A DNA stretch of 64,000 nucleotides from Camelus ferus (lineage: Eukaryota). A program made the translations under genes and the position numbers. How positions within the stretch are numbered: the first letter of the stretch is position 1; every line of letters starts with the position of its first letter. Of the stretch, positions 40,161 to 51,059 are shown piece after piece. The DNA is taken from positions 9,922,001-9,986,000 of the forward strand of contig NC_045696.1 in assembly GCF_009834535.1 (NCBI RefSeq), read 5' to 3'. The notes beneath the pieces were generated by a model. That model saw only the letters and a list, made by a program, of their open reading frames with translations. It was not told the DNA's origin and did not search any database.

Positions 40161-40651
40161 TGTGCTAGGCTGAATAATGCCCCACCACAAAGAGGTCCAG
40201 GCCCTGATCCCTGGAACCTGTGCATGTTACCTTATATGAAAAAAGAGCTCTTACAGATGTGGTTAAGGTAAAGGTCTTGAAATGAAGCTGGACTATCTGG
40301 GGGGACACTAAATGCAATCACAGATGTTGTTGTAAAAAGGAGACAGAGGGAAAGTCGACAGAATAAAAGGCAACGTAACCACTGAAGCAAGATATTACGC
40401 TGCTGCCTTTGAAAGGGGAGGAGGGGGCCAAATGCAAAAAAAAAAAGTGGCTTTTAGAAGTTGGAAAAAGCAAACAAACAGATTCCCTGCTAGAGCCCCA
40501 GAAGGATCATGGCCCTGCCAACATGTGAGTGCAGCCCAATGAAGTTGATTGCAGACTTCTGACCTCCAGCATTCTAGGAGAATAAACATGTATTATTTTA
40601 TGCCAACAAGTTTGTGGTAACATAGTCCAGTACCAATAGGAAACTAATAAA
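40161..40651 (+). mobile_element. MaLR solo LTR (MLT1D-like)
   Basis: tgtgctaggctgaataatgcccc...ccctggaacctgtgcatgttacctta...cagacttctgacctccag...aataggaaactaata. Confidence 0.9.
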
Positions 40652-41244
40652 CTGAGTAAACAGGAAGGTTTAGACTTGAGTTGCTTCAGGCCGCCCAGCA
40701 GGTCAGTGGAGCTAGAGTTCATCCTCTGGCCTTTGGAGTCGAAGCCTCACGATCGTTGTTACTCCACGCTGCTTCCGAGACGGTAGCAGTGCAGGGTGTA
40801 ATAACTGGAGACACATAAATTAAGTAAGCACGCAGGTGTGTGCACGCACATGTGTGCACGCTCACGATTAGCAGGAGGAGAGAGAAGCGTGAGAGAGGAA
40901 GAGAACATATCACTGAACGGCATTCATTCCTTAAACTATATCCACTGGAACAGCAAGACACACCAGATAAAAACATGACCAGGACCAGTAATTTTTAAAA
41001 GATGTCATTAAGTTAAATTTTGTGCTCGGTTTTCTCAGGTCACGTTGTGGTCTTCATTTTGCAATATAAGCGATGATGCTTCAAAATGCTCACCTAAGCA
41101 GTGGACTTACAGGAAGGTCTGGAAGAAAGCAAAGGTCCTGTCTTCTGAGAGTAGGATGGATACCATCCAGGGCTCTGCTTCGGAAGGTCTGGAACTTCAG
41201 CATTTGCCTTTCTTGAAGGAGATCAGAATCAAGCCCATCACTGA

Positions 41245-41425
41245 CAGACACTGGGCCCCGTGGTGCCAGGGCCCACCCTTGAGGCCTTGTTCAACCTACC
41301 ACGTGTTGAATTTCCTCTTTCATTTTAACTCCTGCAAAAACCCAGGGGCAGTCGACTGAGAAAGTACCTCATTTAACCTAACGAGGAGTCTGAGGCCCAG
41401 AGAGGTGAAGGAATGGCTCACTAGA
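41245..41425 (-). mobile_element. MIR SINE (degenerate)
   Basis: gtgccagggc...gaggagtctgaggcccagagaggtgaag. Confidence 0.6.
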
Positions 41426-43522
41426 AGGGGCGAGGGAAGCTTCTCTCAGTTTCTGAAAGCTCTCAGTGGAAGAACTACAAGTGTCTGTCCTTTTCTCATC
41501 TTCTGAAAAAGCAATTTATCGGGCAAGTCTGTCTGTGGCTGAGCTATTTGACGTGTTTTCACTTGGGAAAACTTTACTCCACCCTGCTCCCTTTGATGTA
41601 GACATTTTGACCTCACCTAACCTTAATAATCTATCTGTTTATGGAGAAATAGTTAGATGCATATTACTTGGACACGATACTGTGGTATTATTATCTGAGA
41701 GGCCGCAGCGCATTTTGTGCCCTGGGTTGAAGGAAACGATAAAAGCCAAAGACCCCTGGCCAGAAGATGACAGCATGTCAGAGCTTAATGTGAGAACTTC
41801 CTTCTATTTTCAGCACCTTTAACTTAGGCAAACACACCATGTCACAAACACTGGGAAATGTAAGTTGGGAGGGTCCCTCCAGTTAATTAAACTCCCCCCT
41901 TCTTTTCTAAGGCTCTCCCCCAAAATTCTGAAATCCTCTTATCGGCTCTCACGAGGACAACAGAAGGAAACAAGCATTTTCTAAGCCCTTAATCCTATTC
42001 CTACCCAACCTCCCTCACTGCCTATGCCAGGCTTCCTGTTTCTTTAACTCAGTCTCCATGGCTGGTTTACAAGCCCCTAACACCTCCATGGTTGCCAGGA
42101 ATTTTCTGCGGCTGGGACCCACTTGGCTTGTTTTAATTAGATGGTTGGGGCGGGGAGCTATCTGAGGCCCGCAATGGGGGAATCAGTGTGGAATCAGGGT
42201 AGATTCTTGATGGCCTGGGTAGCCGTCCTCCATTGAGACGGGGTCCTGCCAATCCATTTCGTTTGCTCGACTCACCGAGCCACAGTGGCAAGATGTGCCA
42301 GGAAGACCTTTGCTCAGGGCCTAGACCGTTCACTTGGCAAATCCTCACAGACATGCCAGATGAGAAGGTAGGGGTTTGAATAGCATGGCGGAGATCTGGA
42401 ACCATCCACCAACTCTAATTCCCTGAACCAAGAGGACTGTCCCAAGGGAAACATGCTTATTTTGTCAATGACATCTACTGGCAGAGAATGCAAGGCCAGA
42501 GAAGAAGTGAGTGTCCCTACAGGCAAGAGGAATCACCAGCTACTTTCACACGCCCCTGGTTTCTCCCCACAGATGGCAGCTTGATGGCATTAGATGTCAC
42601 CTTCTATAACCACATCCACAAACTTGCCTTTCTGCTTCTCTCAGGAAACTGATGAAATTTTGATGAACCAAAAGTGCACTATCTTAAATCCAATGAAATG
42701 CCAAGATTCCCAGGTTTGCTTTGAGGAACCCACTGGACCGATGGTGACTTGTTTAAAATTCAGCAGCAGCTCTATTTGGTTAAATTCAACAAATAAGTTA
42801 CTGAGCGGTGCCGTGGCCGGGCTCTGCCAAGCCAGGAGTTTACCAGTTGCCTCTGACCTCATGGAGCTCCAAGTCTAGCTGGGAAGACTACGTTTAAATA
42901 GCGAATCACAAACGTGATGCGCTTCACAGAATGCGCTATAAATAGCAGGGGGATTAAAGCTAATCTGGAAGGCCAGCTGCCGCTGCAGTAGCAAACTGAA
43001 GCCAGAAAGAGAAGCAAGGAAAATGCAGGAAGTGTGCCTGAAAAAAATAGTAATAGCCTGGGGGTCACACACAATGGTGACCAGGTTTTTTTTGTTTTTT
43101 CCCGCCAAGTTCCAATGAAGCACCCATTCATTTTTATTTTGTGAGATTCAAGCAGTAATAGCTGGGTGTACAAAGAATTTCCTGTAGATTAAATGAAGCT
43201 GGAAGGAGTTGATAGACTTCAGGCAGCGATTTGCGCTATTAATCCAAGCCAGTCATTCATTAACCCTCAGGAAGTTTTCTGTGCCAAAGTCGTTATTATT
43301 ATTATAAACTAAACCCCAAGTCTCCAAAGGGTGTATGGCCACTTTTCTCCCCAGGATACTCAATGTATGAGTCAGCCAGGGAGCCTGAATCATTTCCTAA
43401 ATTCCCTTCTGGTTCGCGGGGAGTTTGGCTTTGTATAGTGCACTGCTGGTGTGGGAATCCGACAAAGAGCCCTCTGGAAAGGTAACTATCACTCTGGCCT
43501 TTTTAATGAGGTCCTGAGAGGC

Positions 43523-43980
43523 TATGGCAGGCTGCTGATTGTCCCCCAGTTTCTGTTCTTCTACTCTGCCGCAGTGTAACATTTTAGCTGGCAGCATGGC
43601 CGTCTGGCCAAAGACTACATTTCCCAGCCGCCCTTGCAATGGGCTTGGTCATGTGACTAAGTAATGCTAGCAGAAGCAATGGGGGTCACTCCTTGATCTT
43701 CCCCTCAAAGACTTGGAAGGATAATCCCCTCCCCATTCCCAGTCCCTCTGTCCCTTTCCATGGCTGGAAGGAGATGACAGGAACTGTCGCAGGCTCCTCA
43801 GAACACAAAGATGGCCCGGGAAGCCATCCGCCATGTTGAGGATGCAAAGCTGACCTGACAGCCCTGAACTGCTGACCTCCAGACTGTTACATGGGAAAGA
43901 CATCAACGTCTATCTGATTAAGTCACCATATTTTGGAATGTCTTTGTTACAGCAGCTAAGCCTGTACTCCTACAAATACA
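43523..43980 (+). mobile_element. ERVL LTR16-like solo LTR
   Basis: caaagactacatttcccagccgcccttgca...catgtgactaagt...ctttgttacagcagct...aaataca. Confidence 0.8.
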
Positions 43981-44074
43981 GTGACTACCGAGCAAGCCCA
44001 GTGGCCCCTGATCAGGCGCCTCCCCGCAGCCTAAATCTGATATATCAGACAGTAGTTTTTATTCTGAGCAAATA

Positions 44075-44310
44075 TAATATGGGGCACATACTAAGTAATG
44101 AGGGTTTGTTTTTTTTAACATGATCTCATTTAAGTCTCCCAACAATCCTCTGTGGTCAGCACCACTATTGCCCCATTTTAAAGATGAGGAAACTGATGTA
44201 CAAATATACCAAGAAACTTGCCCAAGGTCCCACAAGCAAGTAGGTGGTGGAATAGGGATTTAAGCCCAGGCAGTGTCATTCCACCTCTTCCCTGTGCTGC
44301 CTCTAACCAC
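44075..44310 (-). mobile_element. MIR SINE
   Basis: ccccattttaaagatgaggaaactga...cttgcccaaggtcccaca. Confidence 0.85.
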
Positions 44311-44769
44311 TAAGATGACATGTTCACAAACATCCCTTTGGGGTCCAAGTAAACATGTACCCCAGGTTAAACAAGTCCCAAAGTAGTCATACATTTGCTC
44401 TGTGTGCGTCTAACCCATGTCTCTTGCCTTTCTAAAGGCACCATTGATCGGCCACCCTCAGAAGCTCTGCCTGGTGGTTCAATAGTTCAGCAGTTCCTCA
44501 TTGATTGAATCTCTATCATGTTCCAGGCATTGAGTTTGACACATAAAAATGGATAACACATGGCCCTGGGTCTCAACAAACCTGCCTTCCAATGGAAAAG
44601 AAAAAGACTTGGATGGATTATTTCAGTATAATGAACGTGGTGAGTGATGAGAGTAGGCACAGAGCATCACTGCAAGCTGTCACCTTTTGCTTTTCCAATG
44701 CATCACAAGAGGTTAAGAGCTACTCAGTTGGTACTCGAAAGGGAAGGTAAATAAAAGAACATCTGCTGA

Positions 44770-44960
44770 GACTCAGTGCTGTTTTGTACTAGATGTTATC
44801 TTGTGTAACCCTTACCATAAAACTCAGAGGGGTATAATTTTATCCCCATCTTGCAGACAAGGAAAACGAGGCCAACAGAACCTAAGCAATGCTTCCAAGT
44901 TCCTATACTTTGCAGCAAAAGCAAGATTTAAATCTACATTTGTCTGATTGCAGAGCCCAG
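44770..44960 (-). mobile_element. MIR SINE
   Basis: atccccatcttgcagacaaggaaaacgaggcc...tgtctgattgcagagccc. Confidence 0.75.
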
Positions 44961-46323
44961 GTTTTGTATTGTTGTTTGTTTTGTTTTTGTTTTTGAATTG
45001 AAGTATAATTGATATGTAACACTATATTTGTTTAAGGTGTACAACATAATGATTTGATATTTTTATATACTGCAAAATGATCATCAGAATAAATCTAGTT
45101 AACATCCATCACCATACATAGTTACAGACTTTTTTTCTTGGAATGAGAACTTTCAAGATCTACTCTCTTAGCAACTTTCAAATATGCGGTACAGTATTAA
45201 TTATAATCGCCATGCTGTACATTACATCCCCATGACTTACTTATGTTATAACTGGAAATTTGTACCTTTTGACCCCCTTCAGTCATTTCACCCACCTGCC
45301 ACTCCCCACCCCCCTGCTTCTGGCAACCACCAATCTGCTCTCTGTATCTATGAGTTTAGGTTTTTGTTTGTTCTTTCAGATTCCACATGTAAGTGAGATC
45401 ATACAGTATTTGTCTTTCTCTGTCTGACTTATTTCATTATTCCATAATGTCCTCAAAATCCATTCATGCTGTCACAATGGCAATAATTCATTCTTTTTTA
45501 TGGCTGAATAATCATTATGTATATATTTTTTAAATGTGATTTATGTACATACATATCATTTTATTTATCCATTATCTGTTGGTGGACATTTAGGTTGTTT
45601 CCGTGTCTTGACTATTGTAAATAACGCTGCAATGAACATGGGGCTGCAGATACCTTTTCAAATTAGTGCTTTCATTTTCTTAATGTAAAATACTCAGAGG
45701 TGGAATTGCTGGATCACATGGTAGTTTTATTTTTAATTTTTTGAGGAACCTCCATATTGTTTTCCATAATGGCTGCGCCAATTTACATTCTCACTGACAT
45801 TGCAAGAGGGTTTCCTTTTCGCCACATCCTCACCAACATTTATTTCTTGTCTTTTTTGATAATAACCATTCTAATAGGTATGAGGTGATAGCGCATTGTG
45901 GTTTTGATTTGCATTTCCATGATGATTAGTGATTTGAGCATCTTTTCATGTATCTTATGTCTTCTTTGGGAAAATGTCTCTTCAGATCCTTTGCCCATTT
46001 TTTTTGTTTCTTTTTTTATTGAGTAATCGTTATCTTACAATGCTGTGTCAAATTCTAGTGTAGAGCACAATTTTTCAGTCATACATGAACATGTATATAT
46101 TCATTGTTACATTTTGTTTTTCGCTATGAGCTACCACAAGATCTTGTATATATTTCCCTGTGCTATACAGTATAATCTTGTTTATCTATTCTGCATTTTA
46201 AAATCCCAGTCTGTCCCTTCCCACCCCCCACCCCCTTGGCAACCACAAGTTTGTATTCTATGTCTATGAGTCTGTTTCTGTTTTGTATTTCTGTTTTGTT
46301 TGTTTGTTTGTTTGTTAGATTCC

Positions 46324-46683
46324 TCATATAAGCAATCTCATATGGTATTTTTCTTTCTCTTTCTGGCTTACTTCACTTTGAATGACATTCTCCAGGAACA
46401 TCCATGTTGCTGCAAATGGCGTTATGTTGTCAGTTTTTGTGGATGAATAGTATTCCATCGTATAAATATACCACATCTTCTTTATCCAGTCATCTGTTGA
46501 CGGACATTTAGGCTGTTTCCACGTCTTGGCTATTGTAAATAATGCTGCTATGAACATTGGCGTGCAGGTGTCATTTTGAAGTAGGGTTCCTTCTGGATGT
46601 ATGCCCAGGAGCGGGATTCCTGGGTCACATGGTAAGTCTATTCCTAGTCTTTTGAGGAATCTCCATACTGTTTTCCACAGTGG
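46324..46683 (-). pseudogene. L1 ORF2p C-terminal remnant (about 120 codons)
   Basis: Translates PLWKTVWRFLKRLGIDLPCDPGIPLLGIHP...[41 protein letters not shown]. Confidence 0.92.
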
Positions 46684-46826
46684 CTTTCCTTGCTTCCCTC
46701 TCCCACTCTTAATGATTTAGATGTCTTCTTTTACAATTTTGTGTTTATTCTATTTGTAATTTATGGTAGTTATCACCTTTCCAGTTATAAGTTTCTCATT
46801 TTTGTAGCATCATGCTTCTTTTCTAT

Positions 46827-47546
46827 TTAGAGTAGACCTGTCAATATTTCTTTTAGCATGGGTTTAGTGTTGCAAAACTCTTTTAGTTTTTGCTTGTCTG
46901 TGAAGTTCTTTAACTCTCCTTCTATTCTAAAGGATAGCCTTGCTGGATAGAGTATCCTAGGCTGCATCTTTTTTTCATTCAGGTGTGGGTCTGTTTGGGT
47001 TCTTCCTTCTGAGCTTCCTGTACTTGGATATCTGATTCTTTCTTTAGGTTTGGGACGTTTTCAGTCATGATTTCTTCAAATACCTTTTCAATTCCCTTTG
47101 TCCTTTCTTCCCCTTCTGGAATCCCTATTATGCGTAGATTGGCATGCTTTATATTATCCCATAGGTCCCTTATGTTGCTTTCATTGTTTTTTATTTGTTT
47201 TTCTGTCAGCTGTTCTGATTGGGTGTTTTCTGTTGTCCTGTCTTCTAGGTCACTTATTCGTTCCTCTGCATTATCTAGCCTGCTTTGTACAGCCTTTAGG
47301 TCAGCTCTCATCTCAGCAAATGAGTTCACTAATTCTACTTGGTTCTTCTTTATAGCTTCTGTTTCAGTTTTGACATTTTATATCTCTAAACACTGTTTCT
47401 TTTAGTTCCTTCAGTACTTTGATCACTCCTTTTTTGAAATCGTGCTCTAGTAGGCCATCAATGTCTATTTCCTTGATAGTGCTTTCAGGGGATTTCTCTT
47501 GATCTTTTAATTGGGAGTGGCTCCTCTGCTTCTTCATATTGCTCAT
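46827..47546 (-). pseudogene. Disrupted L1 ORF1p
   Basis: Three pieces: MSNMKKQRSHSQLKDQEKSPE... (47546-47364); ...RLDNAEERISDLEDR...LRIIGIPEGEE...VQEAQ (47329-~47010); LNEKKMQPRILYPARLSFRIEGELKNFTDKQKLKEF...ILTGLL* (46982-46827). Frameshift near 47375 and an internal deletion near 46983. Confidence 0.9.
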
Positions 47547-48882
47547 ATCTCTCTGGCACTGTGGCTTAAGGAGTATCAGTTATCTAGTTCTCCTGGAGAT
47601 GGTGTGCTCTTAATGATTTTATCGAGAGGTCTTTGTGTCTTCACCCTGTTTCACGAACTCAGCTTGCTGTTTCCAGAGGCCCTCTGTTGGTGCCCTTGTC
47701 TGTGCTGCTCCCAGTGGCTGTCGGCAAGCAGATCGCGCCCCCTCCCAACACTGGGTCAGGTGCTGAGCTCTTACCCAGTGGGCGGACAGGTCACTCCCCC
47801 TCCTGATGCCGCAGTCAGGGGGTGGGGGGGAGGCAGGTGGGCAGATCGCACGCCCTCCCAGCACCATGGTCAGGTGCTGTGTTCCTGCCAGGAAGGGGGG
47901 GTGGCCGCCCGTCCTCTCCCAGCACTGGGTGCTCCTCTGCTCTGTGCAGCTGCCCGCTCCACCTCTGGTCGGTGCTCCGAAGGCAGGCTCGGGGAAGACC
48001 ACGGAACCGCCCTGTCCCTGCTCCAGGCCAAATCTCAGCTCCTTGTTTGTCTTGGCGGGGCAAGTTCTCTGGGGTGCCAGGGCAGAGAGATCCTGTCTGC
48101 CTCGGGCTGTAAACAATTCTCAGTCCTGAGCAGGAGGTTGCAGAGCCCCCCAGTGCGGATGCAGGCCTCGGCCCCGCCCCGCCGGGGCGCTGCGCACAGG
48201 AGGAGGTGGTGGCTGTGGCTGCGCCCCGCCTCTCTTCTCGCGAGAAGCAAAAGTAATGGCGCCGCGGGTCTGAGGAGACAAAGACTATGGCGCCCCTCCC
48301 CCCAGGGCACACCAGCTGTGTTGCTTTGCTTTTTTTTCCGCAATTTATGGGGGACCGAGGTTGTTCTGCTCTGTATCCTCTCCCAGCCATGGCGCGCAGC
48401 CCCCTGCAGCCCCCCGGGGCCACCTCAGTGCAGCCGTCCCCATCCTCCACCCGGCTCGGGCAGCCTGTCCCGGCCCCAGCTGCCAGCTCGCGTCTCAGGC
48501 TGGGTGTTGCGGGGACCCTTTGTGCCCATTTAACTCAGTTCTGTCGGTCAAGGGGTGCTCAGGGCAGATCTGAGCCTCGGAGGCTCCCCCTCCATCCCGC
48601 TGGCCTCTCCGTTGGAGGGGAGACCCAGCAAATAAGCGCTAGTCCTCCTTTGCTGCTCCCTCCCCGCGGGATCGGTCCCACACTGTTTTGCTTTTTCTTC
48701 TTTCTTTTTTCCTTTTCTCCTACCAGATTTTTGGCATCTTTGTCTTTTTAAGAGGGCAATGTTCTGTCAGAGTTCGGCAGGAGCTCTGGTTGGCTGAGTA
48801 GGTCCATAGGTGTGAGTTTTGGTGTATTTGTGGGAGAGGGTGAGCTACAAGCATCCTTCTACTCCGCCATCTTGCTTCTCTC
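47547..48882 (-). promoter_or_regulatory. L1 5'UTR internal promoter / CpG-rich island
   Basis: GC- and CpG-rich; YY1 motif aagatggcgg at the element start (ccgccatctt ~48864-48873), GC boxes (ccccgccc ~48173), and palindrome cttctcgcgagaag 48234-48247. Confidence 0.8.
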
Positions 48883-49789
48883 TCCTTTGCCCATTTTAAA
48901 ATCAGATTTTTCTTTGTTTGTTTGCCTTTGAGTTGTATGAGTTCTTTATATATTTTTTATATTAGTCTCCTAGATATATGAGTTGCAAATATTTTCTTCC
49001 ATTCAGGAGATTGCCTTCTCATTTTGTTGATGGTTTCCTTTGCTGTGCATAAGATTTTTAGTTTAAAGTCAGAGCCCACATTTTATCAACTGCTCCCAAA
49101 ATAAGAAATAAATTAATCCTTAGATTGGGCGTTTTTTCATCCAAATCTTTGACTGGAATGCAAAACACCTGGGTTATGGAAACACCAGGCAAAAGGGCTT
49201 TATAAACATTCTTTTAAAAGCAGTGCTTTGTATCAGTCTCAGAGAGAAAATGCCTTTTGTTAGCATGGAAAAGAAAGCTGAGATTATAGGAGATTCTTGT
49301 TTCCCTTCCCTGTTCCTTTGAGGAGCTGCTTCTCCCCAGGCTGACGTGGCCCTGAGGAGGTGGTGACAATGGCACAGGCCTGGCCAGTAGCAGGGCCCTC
49401 AAGGCTCCCACCAATCTGGAAGGCCAAGGAAGGGGTGTGTAACCAAGCAGGGCGGTCCAGCTCGTCCACAATTTCACATGTCCCTGCTGGGAGAAAGAGA
49501 TGCTCCACTTGCCCCTTTCTGGGCATCAAGCCACAGAGACCTGGAGATGAGGCACCATGTTCCTCTGCCGGAGATACAAGTCCACAGCCAGAAGGGATGA
49601 TGCCTGGGAGAGCCAAGCTGCAGGGACTGAAGTGGGTAGACAGATTCCCAACCCAACTCACACCTGAGCAGAAACAATAAATAAATAAGTAAAGCCTCGC
49701 TTTGTCCCAAGCTGGGCTGGGTTCATTTTCTTTTACTTGCCAATTAAAGCATCCTAAGTGGGTCTGAGTGCAAAACACAATCTCACAAT

Positions 49790-49955
49790 TTCAATACTTA
49801 TATTTCTTATATCTATTTCTTATTTTTTTACATTATATGCCTACATAATATTATATATCATATTTATTATTACTTACATTTATAATTATGTAGAGAATGT
49901 ATATGTATTTATATTATATGTTATATTCTTATGTATTTCATAAATTTTATAAATT
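49790..49955. repeat. AT-rich low-complexity tract
   Basis: Seen directly. Confidence 0.85.
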
Positions 49956-51059
49956 CTGTGAATTTCAAGCATACTCCATTTTCAAATGAAACCACAGAGA
50001 CAAGTGCCAAGGTCAAACATTTGGAACCGCCACCTTTTCATCGGCTCCTGTAGCACTGGTTTTCTGTGTATTTTATAGCTAAGGTCTGGTACTCATTTTT
50101 AGCTGGTAAGTTCCAGAGGATGTAGACAGTAACTTCTGACTTAATCACCAGCTCCCCCACCCTCATGAGATGTCAGCTGTGCATACTTGAGTTTTTTAAT
50201 TTGTGTTTCTACCTGTATTGCTATTTTTGTCTAACAAAACTCATCCTATGATTAACTGTTTTCATTTTCTCTTTTCTCATAAAAGGTGTTACTCAAAATG
50301 AATTTCCCTAGCATTTCACAGCTTTCTAGAATCTGTGGCCAAAAGACTAGTTTTCCATTTCTATATCCAGGCCTGATATGTGGACAGATTTGGGGGTGAC
50401 TTCAGGGCTTTGAGGGTCCCTGCCTATCCCAGGGCTTCACCACTTTCTTCCTGAGGTTTTAAAGTCCTCAGTGCACTGCCTCTCGTTCCTATGGGATGAC
50501 TTAAAAGTGTAACTCCACCTGGCAGAGGTGACACGTGGATTAGTTAATTCACAATAGGAAATTAATGAGTGAGAACAGATCCTTTCCAATTCTGAAAGGT
50601 GCAAAGAAGGAGGTAAGAAAAGGTGGGCAGAGGTTTATTTTGGGAGAAGTCCAAGAATGGGGAGCAATCCTGGAGGAAGGGACTGAGGACACCAGAGCTG
50701 CCCTGTAACGCAGCCCCGCCGGCAACACAACATGGTACTCACCGCAGCTTTCCCCTGCACGTGACCTCAGGCAACTACTCAACTTTCCCCATCTCTTCTG
50801 TAAATGGAGACCATCATATTTACATCACAGGATGTTGTGTTTCTTAAAATATCTCAAGTCTACGGTGTGTGAGCTTGATACCCAAGGTTCACTGCCAGTA
50901 TGCAAAAACCTTAATTCCAGTCTCTTCAGATAAATAAACATTTGTGGCATGACATAGGGAATAAATGAATGAAGAAATGAATGAAGAATCAGCTCTCCCT
51001 CCAGTCAGTTGATCGACAGCCACCATTTATGTCGCATCTGCTTTGCCAGCCAGCACAGT

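Larger units (their letters stand above)
46002..48882 (-). mobile_element. Young L1 with intact 5' and 3' ends but internal deletions (5'UTR + broken ORF1 + spacer + ORF2 tail + 3'UTR + poly(A))
   Basis: Starts gagagaagcaagatggcggagtag on the minus strand. Exact 15-bp TSD tcctttgcccatttt (45987-46001, 48883-48897) at a TTTT/AA endonuclease site. Only ~2.9 kb long. Confidence 0.95.
44970..49065 (-). mobile_element. Older L1 (L1MA-like) 3' portion, host of the nested young L1 (host parts ~44970-46001 and 48883-49065)
   Basis: Antisense L1 3'UTR/ORF2 text continues seamlessly across the insertion: cttcagatcctttgcccatttt|aaaatcagattt...gagttctttatatatt. Confidence 0.92.

Noticed and set aside
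47547..48882. CpG-island promoter of a host gene
   Set aside because: It is the 5'UTR of the L1, contiguous with ORF1 and bounded by the TSD.
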